A DNA stretch of 64,000 nt from a candidate division WOR-3 bacterium (lineage in GTDB: Bacteria > Hydrothermota > Tepidihabitantia > B3-TA06). A model generated the notes under the pieces. The model worked only from the letters and a program-made list of their open reading frames with translations. It was not told where the DNA came from and did not search any database. Numbering within the stretch: the stretch's first letter is position 1; each line of letters starts with the position of its first letter. Shown here in pieces: positions 1-9,985 of the stretch. The translations under genes were made by a program, and so were the position numbers. The DNA lies in the NCBI GenBank assembly GCA_965649265.1, contig CBFGKC010000001.1, forward strand, positions 306,931 to 370,930. The letters run 5' to 3'.

Positions 1-2168
1 ACGCCTACGTACACGGCATGTCCAAGGGAATCTGGCTCGACGAGTTCGGACCCAGAGTCAAGAACACCAACTATCAGTTGAACCTTAAGGTCAACGGATC
101 GATAGGCGGCAAGGACTCATCGCGCACCAAGTCTTCTCAAAGCCTTGCTTATACGGTTAACGTGGGGACATTCAACACCCAGCGCAAGGTTTCTTACATG
201 GACGGTGCGAACTACAACGATTTTCGCATGGTAGGAAGACAGCTGATTCCGTGGGTTGGTTGGGCTTACAACTATACCTGGTATGAATCCAATCCCGATG
301 TTCCCGGCGATTCAATGCTGAACAGGATTTACAATCCCGACTCTATGAATTTCCACCTTCCGGACTCCATCTTTGCATATGTCAACGGAAGCGGTGATTC
401 GGTGTTCATCAATATCATGGATCGCTACAATAAAGTGACCTCTGATCCCGACTCGGCGGTCTGGCTCTATTACAACGAGTTCATTTCGCAGAACGGCTAC
501 TTCTACCCAGGCGACAATAACTTTAACTGGTTCTCGTGGGAGGAGCAGCTTGAGGCGTACAACGAGCGCTGGTACTCGATCAACGAGTGGCGTCCGACAA
601 TAGATGCCACCGGGGATACGGTAGGCGTCCACTACCATCTTTTCGATTTCGAGCGTTACCAGAAATACTATGATTTATGGAAGAACTGGAAAGATCCTCT
701 TAATCCCGATGCGAAGAACCCTTACGATGACAGTCTCGAGACGTCGGGAAACATGTACTATGTGCGCTACAACTCCGATCCCCTGTTCAATCGCTTCAGC
801 TACTATTTTGTTCCGTACTGGGAAAGCAGATCGACAACGAAGTACATCGCCGACGCATCCATCGACTGGGCACCTAACAAGCAGCATTGGGCCCGCTTCG
901 GCGTCGTAGGCAATTACCATATGCTGGACTACTCGAGCATCCAGTTCGTAAACGAAAACCCCTACTCCGACAACTATCACAAAGAACCGATCATTGCTGC
1001 GGCCTATGCCCAGGATAAATTCGAACTTGAGGATCTTCTCCTGAACTTCGGCCTCCGCTTCGATTACTTTGATCCTGCGTCCGAGTACTATATTGACCCC
1101 GAGAACGTTGATCTCGGGACCGCTAAGGCTCCGGCCAAATACCAGTTGAGTCCCAGACTTTCCCTGTCGTTCTCGGTATCCGAGAAAGCGAGCATGTATG
1201 CCTCTTACGGTCATTTCTTCCAACCGGTGGAATTGGGAGAGCTTTACCAAAACCTTAACGGTGATCTCTCAACAGGTGTGCCGCTTCTTGGAAACCCCAA
1301 CCTTCCTCCTCTGAAGACTATCTTCTACCAGGCCGGTTTTACACAAGCTCTTTCACAGACTTTCTCCCTCGATCTGAAGGCATATTACAAGGATCAGGAG
1401 AACCTTCTTGCCACTCGTCAGGTGAACACGATCTACAAAGGAAAGCTTGCTTCGTACACGATCTACTCCATTGAAGATTTCGCGAAAATCAAGGGAGTGG
1501 ATTTAACCGTTAACGGAGGAACCCTTAACAACGTCCTCGCCGGAACGGTCACGTATTCCTACATGGATGCCAAGGGTACGGGTTCCTCGGGCAGAGAATT
1601 CTACTACAGATATCGCGGCACCGCTCTTAATCAGCCCAAGCACGAGTATCCTCTGGAGTTCGACGTGACCCACTCGGTTAAGGCAGGCTTGAACCTATCT
1701 TCACCGCAAGATATGGAATCGAAGATTCTCAAGAACATGAACCTCAACGTTCAGTTTAACTATGCATCAGGCCCTCCCTACTGGGCCTCAGACTCTCGCG
1801 GTAACCCTCTTCCATTGGGCAGCAAGCGCCAGCCCGGGACAAAAACCGTCAACGCCAAGCTTGAGAGGCTGTTCTTCTTGACCAAGGATCAGAAACTCAG
1901 CATGAGCGTTTACATAGACGTTCAGAACGTCTTCAACTGGGTCAATGCGAATCAGGTTTACAGCACCACAGGCAAGCCCGATGATCCAGGCGGCAGTCCC
2001 ACCTACCAGGCGAACAACTACCGCAATTATGCCCTGTATGGTTTCAATTCCGAAGTCGAATACTGGCAGGCCGATGTTGCGGATTGGAAGAAATTCTACT
2101 CCGAAAATCCCAACATGTTTGGCGATCCGCGGATAATTAACTTCGGCCTTCGCTTTAACTTTAACTAG
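1..2168 (+). CDS. TonB-dependent outer-membrane receptor, C-terminal part (5' truncated by window)
   Basis: Frame is open to the window edge. Barrel motifs AAYAQDKFE, NFGLRFDYFDP, SPRLSLSF, YASYGHFFQ, GNPNL; ends in aromatic ...GLRFNFN. Confidence 0.9.
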   Translation, partial: AYVHGMSKGIWLDEFGPRVKNTNYQLNLKVNGSIGGKDSSRTKSSQSLAYTVNVGTFNTQRKVSYMDGANYNDFRMVGRQLIPWVGWAYNYTWYESNPDVPGDSMLNRIYNPDSMNFHLPDSIFAYVNGSGDSVFINIMDRYNKVTSDPDSAVWLYYNEFISQNGYFYPGDNNFNWFSWEEQLEAYNERWYSINEWRPTIDATGDTVGVHYHLFDFERYQKYYDLWKNWKDPLNPDAKNPYDDSLETSGNMYYVRYNSDPLFNRFSYYFVPYWESRSTTKYIADASIDWAPNKQHWARFGVVGNYHMLDYSSIQFVNENPYSDNYHKEPIIAAAYAQDKFELEDLLLNFGLRFDYFDPASEYYIDPENVDLGTAKAPAKYQLSPRLSLSFSVSEKASMYASYGHFFQPVELGELYQNLNGDLSTGVPLLGNPNLPPLKTIFYQAGFTQALSQTFSLDLKAYYKDQENLLATRQVNTIYKGKLASYTIYSIEDFAKIKGVDLTVNGGTLNNVLAGTVTYSYMDAKGTGSSGREFYYRYRGTALNQPKHEYPLEFDVTHSVKAGLNLSSPQDMESKILKNMNLNVQFNYASGPPYWASDSRGNPLPLGSKRQPGTKTVNAKLERLFFLTKDQKLSMSVYIDVQNVFNWVNANQVYSTTGKPDDPGGSPTYQANNYRNYALYGFNSEVEYWQADVADWKKFYSENPNMFGDPRIINFGLRFNFN

Positions 2169-2185
2169 GTCGAAGGAGGAATACA

Positions 2186-5100
2186 ATGCAAAAAAGATTG
2201 CTTACTCTGGGGCTTGCGGCTCTGGCTTTTCTCGTGGTTCCTCTCCAGGCCATGTGGAATGACCCAAGCGTAAAGCTTGCTCCCCAGATTAATACCAATA
2301 ACCACTTGTTGACGACGAGAATAACGGACCAACCGGCCTTGTGGTGGAACATATGGTGGATTGACGTCGGTGATGTATCCGACTTTTGCATCAGCAACAC
2401 ACTGCAAGGCGGTGTGTTTGCCAGGCATCCGTTGGACGTGCACCCTTACGAGGGTTTGTATGTAATCCCTTCAATCACCGAGGATCTGGACCGGGGATCG
2501 AATGCCGAATACCCTAAAGGATCCGGGCAATACTACAACTACGCCTGGGGTCTTTGGGTTGGAAGCATGTATCCCACAGGTAAAGGGAAAAGTCCCAATG
2601 TTTCCAAATGCGCTTACAATACCGATTTGGGCGCAATGTCCGCTCCGGAGATGCAGGACGGCGGCGGCATTGGCGACGCAAGCAGGATCGGTTTGTATTT
2701 CAGTGACCAGGTGATCCCCAAGGGGTACGGCTTCTCCGGAGAAGGCGGCAACCTGTTTGCCGATCCGGGTACTACCCCTCTGAGTTACCAGGTAAAATGG
2801 CCGTTTGCCGATTCCACCGGTATCAATCCCAAAAGACGCGCCCTGGGCATGTCAGAACTTAACCCAGACAACGGCGACGTGGTTTCCATGCAGGATACGT
2901 ATGCTTGCGCCGGAGACTGGATTCCAGTTGGTGATGCCAGAGGAATCTGGATAATGTCTACCGGGCCTTACGACGTTTGGGGCCAGGGTCTTCGTATAGA
3001 ACAGAGAACCTACGCCTGGAATTACGAATACAACAATTCTGTCATCTTCATTAACTACAAGATACGCAACATGAACGACTTTGCGCTGGATTCGGTGTAC
3101 TTCTCCTTCTTTATGGATAATGATATCGGATCCGGTGGAACCAACCCCGGGGATGACGGTTTCTGGGACGACCTTATCGGTTTCGACCAGAATCTCAACA
3201 TGGGTTACACATATGACGCAAACGGTTCGGAAGCAGGCTGGGTAACACCTGCCGGTTACATCGGCGCTATCTTTCTTGAAACCCCCGAGGACATAGGCTT
3301 GACGGGCCTCGAGACATGGCAGAATGCCACCGATCAGGTGATTGACAACCTCGGCACGGACAGCATAAAGTATGTCTACATGACTTCCCAGAATTACGTG
3401 ACCTGGGACAATCCTACGGATGTACGCCAGCTGATGAACTGCGGTCCGTACATGCAGCTTCTACCGAACGAAGAAGTTAATCTGACGGTTGCGGTAATTC
3501 TGGCATACTCCCTCGACGAACTCAGGGCAAAAGCCAAGATTGCCAAGATACAGTACGACAACGGTTATTTCGGTTACACTCCTCCACCTAACCCCAAGCT
3601 TTCCATAGTTCCTGGAGACAGTACGGTCTATGTGACCTGGTCTGCAGACCCCGAAAGCTTTGTTGATCCGATGAGTAAGCAGAAGACATTCGAAGGATAC
3701 AGGGTTTATAGAAGTCTCTCCGGCCTTTCGGGAACCTGGGATCTGAAGGGCGATTACGATCTTTCTGAATCCAAGAACCCTGATACCGTTGTTGCCAAAC
3801 ACAGTGTAGGACCGAGCAAGGCCACTATAAAGTTTGAAAAGGTTCTCAATACAACCGAGCTGTCAAAACTGGGATTCAGCAACAACACCTACACAATAAC
3901 CTTCCAGCCTGATACCGTAGATACTTATTACATTGTGTACGACGTCGGAGAGCAGAAGGTTCTTAACTATAATGAAGCCGCTAAATCGGAAGGCGGATTC
4001 TGTGTTCTTGACAGTGTAGATGGTTTGGCCAAGCAGCTTCCTGCCGGTAAAGTCTATTACCCTTACACCTCGGGTGACGTCATTTTAATTGACGGTGCCC
4101 AGTTCGTTATCGCCGACGGCGTAAGCGGAGAGCCGGGATCGATCCTCAAACCATGGTACGGGGATCAGTTCACCATAAAGACCTACACGGCGGAAGCCAT
4201 CGGCGGCCAGGCAGGCATAAGACACTATTATCTTGATGAAGACGTCAAGAACGGGCAGATATACTATTACTCGGTAACCTCTTATTCAAGGCCTCAGCCC
4301 ACAGAGAACGTAGGTTCGCTTGAGGGAGGTAAAACCGGGCAGACATACTGGGCAGTTCCCCGCAGCAACCCCTTGGGTTGGCAGGAAGCAAGCGCTGAAA
4401 AGGCAAGGCGTGTTGCCGGCAGCGGAAACGCCCTTGTGATTGACAGCGTAATATCGCCGGACCAGGTTACCGGGCACGAGTATGAGGTCGGCTTCCGCGG
4501 CGTATACGATACGCTGATCCAGGACACCATCGTTAAGTACGCCTATTTCAAGGATGTAACCGACAACAAGATACTTCTAGACAATTACACCGTTCGTTCC
4601 GGTACATTGAGCGGCCCTATAATTGATGGAGTGCTTGTTCAGGTTGCAGCCGTTACCATGGACACCCTGGATCTCGAAACGCAGATGGATACTCTTAAGA
4701 CGGGCTGGTTGAGCAGACCTTCAGGCACCAATCTCGACTTCAAGGTCGAATGGCCTCAATCTACAGCAGGCAAGCCGGTTCCAAGGAGCTACGATTTTAT
4801 TTGTGAAGTCGTTGATAGTGCGAGAGATGCCCTTAATAGACTCTGCAAATTCAAAGTGAAACGATACGACAATAATCAAAGTGTGCCGTTTTTATGGGGA
4901 AATGAGTCCAGTCCCGAAATCAGAAGCGGTTCACAGCTAACCATCTACTATCCTACTTTCGTTAAAGAGAACAATGCTTTCACCCTTTCCTTCATAGATA
5001 CGATCATGCAAATCGATACAACCATTAACGGTGCGGACACTAATTACTATGACACCGTAAAGATAGCCAAATATCCTAAGACCGGCGACAAGTTCCTTAT

Positions 5101-5494
5101 CAAGGTTCTTAAACCCACTACCACAGCAGACCTGTTCCGCTTCCAGACCACTAAAGCCTCCATCGACGAAAATGACACGACACGCACTCTTGCCGATATC
5201 AGAGTGGTTCCCAACCCCTACTACATCAGAGCTGCCTGGGATAGAACCCAGTATGACAGACACATTCTGTTCCAGAATCTGCCGATGAAGTGTACAATTC
5301 GATTATTCAGTTCGGCAGGGCTGCTGATTCGTACAATCAAGCATGACGGGACAGGCCTTACCGGGAAAGCGGGTTCCGAAGAGTGGAATCTGCTTACTGA
5401 GGAAGGTCTCGACTGCACGAGTGGATTGTATATATGGCAGGTTGAAACAGAGGATGGCAGAAAAGCCCTTGGCAAATTTGCCATCGTAAGGTAA
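2186..5494 (+). CDS. Large secreted protein with Fn3-like segment and T9SS-like C-terminal domain
   Basis: SD AAGGAGG and signal peptide; FEGYRVYRS Fn3-like motif; C-terminal IRVVPNPY...IRLFSSAGLLIRTI...SGLYIWQV...KFAIVR. Confidence 0.8.
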   Translation: MQKRLLTLGLAALAFLVVPLQAMWNDPSVKLAPQINTNNHLLTTRITDQPALWWNIWWIDVGDVSDFCISNTLQGGVFARHPLDVHPYEGLYVIPSITEDLDRGSNAEYPKGSGQYYNYAWGLWVGSMYPTGKGKSPNVSKCAYNTDLGAMSAPEMQDGGGIGDASRIGLYFSDQVIPKGYGFSGEGGNLFADPGTTPLSYQVKWPFADSTGINPKRRALGMSELNPDNGDVVSMQDTYACAGDWIPVGDARGIWIMSTGPYDVWGQGLRIEQRTYAWNYEYNNSVIFINYKIRNMNDFALDSVYFSFFMDNDIGSGGTNPGDDGFWDDLIGFDQNLNMGYTYDANGSEAGWVTPAGYIGAIFLETPEDIGLTGLETWQNATDQVIDNLGTDSIKYVYMTSQNYVTWDNPTDVRQLMNCGPYMQLLPNEEVNLTVAVILAYSLDELRAKAKIAKIQYDNGYFGYTPPPNPKLSIVPGDSTVYVTWSADPESFVDPMSKQKTFEGYRVYRSLSGLSGTWDLKGDYDLSESKNPDTVVAKHSVGPSKATIKFEKVLNTTELSKLGFSNNTYTITFQPDTVDTYYIVYDVGEQKVLNYNEAAKSEGGFCVLDSVDGLAKQLPAGKVYYPYTSGDVILIDGAQFVIADGVSGEPGSILKPWYGDQFTIKTYTAEAIGGQAGIRHYYLDEDVKNGQIYYYSVTSYSRPQPTENVGSLEGGKTGQTYWAVPRSNPLGWQEASAEKARRVAGSGNALVIDSVISPDQVTGHEYEVGFRGVYDTLIQDTIVKYAYFKDVTDNKILLDNYTVRSGTLSGPIIDGVLVQVAAVTMDTLDLETQMDTLKTGWLSRPSGTNLDFKVEWPQSTAGKPVPRSYDFICEVVDSARDALNRLCKFKVKRYDNNQSVPFLWGNESSPEIRSGSQLTIYYPTFVKENNAFTLSFIDTIMQIDTTINGADTNYYDTVKIAKYPKTGDKFLIKVLKPTTTADLFRFQTTKASIDENDTTRTLADIRVVPNPYYIRAAWDRTQYDRHILFQNLPMKCTIRLFSSAGLLIRTIKHDGTGLTGKAGSEEWNLLTEEGLDCTSGLYIWQVETEDGRKALGKFAIVR

Positions 5495-5505
5495 TGGAGG
5501 AAACG

Positions 5506-6606
5506 ATGAAGCTAAATAAGCGACTCCTTATCGTGACTATCGTGGGGCTGGCGCTGGCAATTACGCCAATGGCGGCCCGTCTGGGAGGCGCGGGCTCGTC
5601 GGCCGCTTTCCTCTCTATGGGCGGCGGTGCGCGTCCTATAGCCATGGGCTGCGCCTACACCGCACTGGCTGAAGGACCCGACGCTCTGTTCTGGAATCCG
5701 GCAGGAATAGCCACCGCGGCGTCCCCGCAGGCTTCTTTCGGGCAGGCGATCCTTTTCGCCGGGATGCTTGAGGAAAACCTTGCCGGGGCATTCCCACTCG
5801 ATCAGTCGAGCGCCCTAGGTGTCCAGGTTCTGGCTCATCTTTCGGGTCAGATAGAAATAACGACTTACGACCAACCGCAGGGAACAGGCCGGTACTACAG
5901 CGCTAACAATTACGCTGTCGGAGTCACGTACGCTCGCCAGATGACCGACAAGTTCTCCGCCGGTTTTACCGTAAAGCTGATCGATCTGACTCTGGATCAG
6001 GTATCCGCCGTGGGCATTGCCTTTGACGCCGGCGCCACTTACAGGATAGACTTCAACAATCTCAGACTCGGATTTGCGATTCAGAACTTCGGCCCCGACA
6101 TGCGCTACGACGGCAGTCCTCTGGATTTCCTCACACACAAAGATACGCTTCAGACCGATGATATCCCTTCCAGCTATCTCTCGGAACCCTTCAGGCTTCC
6201 GTTCACCTTCGCTGGCGGCGCGGCCATTGACCTGGTTGAACCCGACAGCGTCGGAAGCGGATCACGCCTGACCCTTGCCGCGGACTTCTTTCATCTTTCA
6301 GACCAGTCCGCAAAGGGTGCCCTCGGTCTTGAATACGGTCTTAACGACATGTTCTTCCTGCGCTTCGGATTCGGAATCAACACGGCTCCGGAACTTTCAA
6401 GCGATACCGCGGATTCCACTGCCCCGCCTATTGACGCAGCGACAATACTCAGAGAAGTTTTGTCAAACCGCAACGACCGCGGCCCGTCAGCCGGGCTCGG
6501 CGTTAAAATTCCTTTAGGAGATTATAAGCTGGCTGTAGACTACAGCTTCGAGTGGCACTGGTATCTTACACCCGTGCATCGTGCTTCTATTGGAATAAAC
6601 TTCTAA
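5506..6606 (+). CDS. PorV/PorQ-family outer-membrane beta-barrel
   Basis: FLSMGGGARPIAMGCAYTALA...ALFWNPAG signature; C-terminal Phe; GGAGG before ATG 5506. Confidence 0.85.
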   Translation: MKLNKRLLIVTIVGLALAITPMAARLGGAGSSAAFLSMGGGARPIAMGCAYTALAEGPDALFWNPAGIATAASPQASFGQAILFAGMLEENLAGAFPLDQSSALGVQVLAHLSGQIEITTYDQPQGTGRYYSANNYAVGVTYARQMTDKFSAGFTVKLIDLTLDQVSAVGIAFDAGATYRIDFNNLRLGFAIQNFGPDMRYDGSPLDFLTHKDTLQTDDIPSSYLSEPFRLPFTFAGGAAIDLVEPDSVGSGSRLTLAADFFHLSDQSAKGALGLEYGLNDMFFLRFGFGINTAPELSSDTADSTAPPIDAATILREVLSNRNDRGPSAGLGVKIPLGDYKLAVDYSFEWHWYLTPVHRASIGINF

Positions 6607-6631
6607 AGTCTCGTTTACAGAATTAACCCCC

Positions 6632-6654
6632 GGGGGGCCTTGTTAAGGCCCCCC
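6632..6654 (+). terminator. GC-rich hairpin after the porV-like gene
   Basis: GGGGGGCCTT-gtt-AAGGCCCCCC perfect 10-bp stem; U-tract weak. Confidence 0.6.
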
Positions 6655-6822
6655 ATTACTTGGATCGGGAGGTCAATAAAATGAATCACGAGGATTTAAA
6701 CATCTGTTGCAAGAGATTATTTCAAAGCGGCTAATGGAAACTTTTAACATTATTTTTTCGTCTTAAAAGCAAGCATCCAAGAACCGAGGGAAACCATTCC
6801 CGTCCACTGTTGATGTTAAACC

Positions 6823-8133
6823 TTGATCAGTTCTTGGTGTCTAAAAGAGCAAAAGGAGCTTAAGATCAGTAACATATTAAAACTTGGCATATGGCTTTCC
6901 GTTTTGTCCACCGGGTTGATGGCTCAGAAGATCACCCTTAAAGAAGCGATTGAGACCGCGCTCAAGGAAAGCATATCGGCCGATCAGGCAAAACTGGAGA
7001 AGGTTCAGGGCACAGAAGCCCTGGTGGAAGGATTCGCAGGCTTTCTTCCCCGTTTATCAGCTTCCACCTCGAGCTCCTCAACATCTCTGGACAGCATCGG
7101 CTCGGGTTCATGGTCGTCCCAGGTTTCCGTGGCACAGCCCGTAGTGGATGCCACAGCCATTATCGGTCTGGTCTCAGGAATCAACCAGAACACAATGTAT
7201 CGCAAGGAGTCAGTGCAAACGCTCTCCAAGCTGGTCGTAGACGTCGAAAAGTCCTACTATGACCTTGCGAAATCGGAGGCGCTTGTTTTAAGCGCAGATA
7301 AGGCATATAAAAGGGCCGAGGAGTCGGAGAGGGTTGTGAAAAAGAGATTTGAGCTCGGCGACGCCGGCAAGGCGGAAGCGTTGCAGGCCGAGGCCGCAAC
7401 CCTTTCGGCGCAGATGCAGCTCACTCTGGCGGAGGGTCAGCTCAAGGACGCAAGGACTCATCTTTCAGACCTGATGAACGGCAGATACCAGGAAAGCGCG
7501 CTCGAAGCCGAGGAGCTGGCCGAACCGGAGAAACCTGATTCGTTGCCGACCACCGTGGTTTCGAACGAATTGCTGAAAAATAATCCCGATCTTGAGGTTC
7601 TAAAATTCCAGACCCGGTCGTCGAGTATAAGTGTCTGGAATGCGTGGGCTGCGGTTTTGCCGTCGCTTTCGATATCTGCAGGCAAAACTTTCGTCCAGGA
7701 CGGAGCCATTCCCGACCTCGCTCAGTGGGATGACGTTCCCACAGGTTACGGGATTTCAATCAGCATACCGTTTATAGATATTCCTTCACGAGCGATAGCA
7801 ATTAGTCGAGCACATATCACTCGAAGGCAGGCGCGTCTTGCTCAGGCATCCCAGGAGCTTACTGTAAAGGAACTTCTTTCGACTCTTCTTTACACCCAGA
7901 AAGTCTCGTATCAGAGTTTCGAGTTTGCCAAAAAGAGCGAGGACCTTGCCAGAGAGAATTACAACATTACAATCAAAAGTTATGAGCTGGGAGCTTCTTC
8001 GATAGTTGAACTCATGCAAGCCCAGGCGGATCTTGCAGAAGCGGAGCGTTCGCTTTCCGAAGCCAAGGCGAATTACTGGTCGAGCCGCGCAGATTTAAAT
8101 TACGTTCTGGGCCGCTCACTGGAGGCAAGATGA
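6823..8133 (+). CDS. TolC-family outer-membrane efflux protein
   Basis: ITLKEAIETAL, FLPRLS, YYDLA, RFELG/SYELG duplicated OEP halves; start codon uncertain. Confidence 0.85.
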   Translation: MISSWCLKEQKELKISNILKLGIWLSVLSTGLMAQKITLKEAIETALKESISADQAKLEKVQGTEALVEGFAGFLPRLSASTSSSSTSLDSIGSGSWSSQVSVAQPVVDATAIIGLVSGINQNTMYRKESVQTLSKLVVDVEKSYYDLAKSEALVLSADKAYKRAEESERVVKKRFELGDAGKAEALQAEAATLSAQMQLTLAEGQLKDARTHLSDLMNGRYQESALEAEELAEPEKPDSLPTTVVSNELLKNNPDLEVLKFQTRSSSISVWNAWAAVLPSLSISAGKTFVQDGAIPDLAQWDDVPTGYGISISIPFIDIPSRAIAISRAHITRRQARLAQASQELTVKELLSTLLYTQKVSYQSFEFAKKSEDLARENYNITIKSYELGASSIVELMQAQADLAEAERSLSEAKANYWSSRADLNYVLGRSLEAR

Positions 8134-9329
8134 ACAAGAAGAGACGCCGACTGGGGCTCTGGATAGGCATTGGAGCCGGAGCAGCGGTCGTCGCGCTTAT
8201 AGTAATACTCAACATCATATCCAAGGGAAACAAAGCACCCGAGGTACAAACCCAGGTTATCTCCTACTCACGGATCGTATCCACTGTTTCTGCAACCGGC
8301 GAACTGAAGGCCAAGAGCCAGGTCGACATATCTGCTGAAATGGTAGCGCGCGTTCGCAAGCTTTACGTCCAGGAAGGCGATTTCGTCAGGCAAGGGCAGC
8401 TCTTGTGCCAGCTTGACGACGATAACAGCCGTTCGAGCCTGAATTTGTCGGAGGCGCAGTTCCAGAAAGCGCTCTCGGAGTACGAAAGGGGGAAGAAGCT
8501 CTACGCCGACAGCCTCATCTCCACCGCCCAGTTCGAGAGTCTCAAGACCTCTTACGAGGTCGCAAAGGCTCAAGTCGACCAGAGCCGCGATGCACTTTCC
8601 AAAACGAGGATCTACTCGCCCATTTCCGGCAGGATCGTCCAGCTTAACGTGAAAGAGGGGGAGACGGTCATGATGGGGACGATGAACAACGCCGGAACGG
8701 TGATGATGACTGTCGCAGATCTTTCGGAAATGCAGGCCGACGTGGATGTTGACGAGTCCGACGTCGCATCCATAAAGATAGGCGACGAGGCCATAATCAC
8801 CCTTGACGCCTTCCCGGATACATCCTTCAAGGCCAGGGTCTTCTCGATAGGTTATATGCCTACCACGACTACAACGACCACTTCGACCACGGGCGTAACC
8901 GACTTCGAGACCGTTTTGGACATAATAGATGTCGATCCACTGCAGCGTCCGGGGATGACCGTATCCTCTCAGATTACTGCGGCGGTCCGCGACTCGGCGC
9001 TCGCCTGCCCTCTCCAGGCGGTAGGCAGGCGCGACGTTGGAGGACGCTCGGTCGAGACCGTGTTCTTGCTCGAGAACGGCAAGGCAAAGCTCGTAGAGAT
9101 TGAGACTGGAATATCCGACGGCCTTTCAATTGAAATCACGAAAGGTCTTAAACCAGGTCAGAAGATAATCGCAGGTCCTTACAAGGTTCTGAGAACCCTC
9201 AAGGACGGTGAAGAGGTCAAAACCAAGAAAGAGGAACCACAATGGCAGAAAGGCCAACCAGGGGCGCAACCGCAGCAAGAGCCAGGATCAGGGCAGCAGC
9301 GGAGCGTCCGGATCCGGATCGGTCACTGA
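8130..9329 (+). CDS. MacA-like periplasmic adaptor (MFP)
   Basis: N-terminal TM; lipoyl-like YVQEGDFVRQGQLL and IYSPISG; VDVDESDV. Confidence 0.9.
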   Translation: MNKKRRRLGLWIGIGAGAAVVALIVILNIISKGNKAPEVQTQVISYSRIVSTVSATGELKAKSQVDISAEMVARVRKLYVQEGDFVRQGQLLCQLDDDNSRSSLNLSEAQFQKALSEYERGKKLYADSLISTAQFESLKTSYEVAKAQVDQSRDALSKTRIYSPISGRIVQLNVKEGETVMMGTMNNAGTVMMTVADLSEMQADVDVDESDVASIKIGDEAIITLDAFPDTSFKARVFSIGYMPTTTTTTTSTTGVTDFETVLDIIDVDPLQRPGMTVSSQITAAVRDSALACPLQAVGRRDVGGRSVETVFLLENGKAKLVEIETGISDGLSIEITKGLKPGQKIIAGPYKVLRTLKDGEEVKTKKEEPQWQKGQPGAQPQQEPGSGQQRSVRIRIGH

Positions 9330-9985
9330 TCCGGCTCGAGGAAATCTCCAAGGTTTACGACGGCGGTAGTGTGGCCGTCAACGCCCTCTCGGGAATTAAT
9401 CTCGATATCCACAAGGGCGAATACGTGGCCATAATGGGGCCCTCGGGCTCGGGAAAATCGACCCTCATGCACATCATAGGGTGTCTGGATACCCCCACTT
9501 CCGGTCTCTATCATCTCAAGGGACAGGAGATATCGAAATACGACAACGACCAGCTTGCGCGAGTGCGTAACCGTGAGGTAGGCTTCATCTTCCAGAGCTT
9601 CAACCTTCTTCCGCGTTTGACCGCTTCACAGAACGTGGAGATTCCGCTTCTCTACTCCTCCGTTCCCACCGACGAGAGGGAGGAGAGGGTCAAAGAGATG
9701 CTTGCGAAAGTCGGGCTTGCCGACCGCGGTCATCACAGGCCGAACGCCCTTTCCGGTGGCGAATCGCAGCGCGTGGCCATAGCCAGGGCGCTCGCAAACC
9801 ACCCGTCGATAATCCTTGCAGACGAGCCTACAGGTAATCTGGACTCGAAGACTGAGGAAGAGATAATGAAACTTCTCGACGACCTTAACGCTCAGGGTGT
9901 GACAATAATAGTCGTTACCCATGACGAGAGCGTGGCAAAGCACTCAAGGCGCATAATACGGCTGCGCGACGGGGTTATAGTATGA
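9242..9985 (+). CDS. ABC transporter ATP-binding protein (MacB/LolD type)
   Basis: Walker [10 protein letters not shown]; [15 protein letters not shown]; [11 protein letters not shown]; VTHD. Confidence 0.95.
   Translation: MAERPTRGATAARARIRAAAERPDPDRSLIRLEEISKVYDGGSVAVNALSGINLDIHKGEYVAIMGPSGSGKSTLMHIIGCLDTPTSGLYHLKGQEISKYDNDQLARVRNREVGFIFQSFNLLPRLTASQNVEIPLLYSSVPTDEREERVKEMLAKVGLADRGHHRPNALSGGESQRVAIARALANHPSIILADEPTGNLDSKTEEEIMKLLDDLNAQGVTIIVVTHDESVAKHSRRIIRLRDGVIV

Noticed and set aside
8862-8891. Thr-run repeat in the MacA-like gene as a contingency locus
   Set aside because: Codons are mixed (ACC/ACG/ACT/ACA), so it is a protein-level low-complexity loop rather than a slippage tract.
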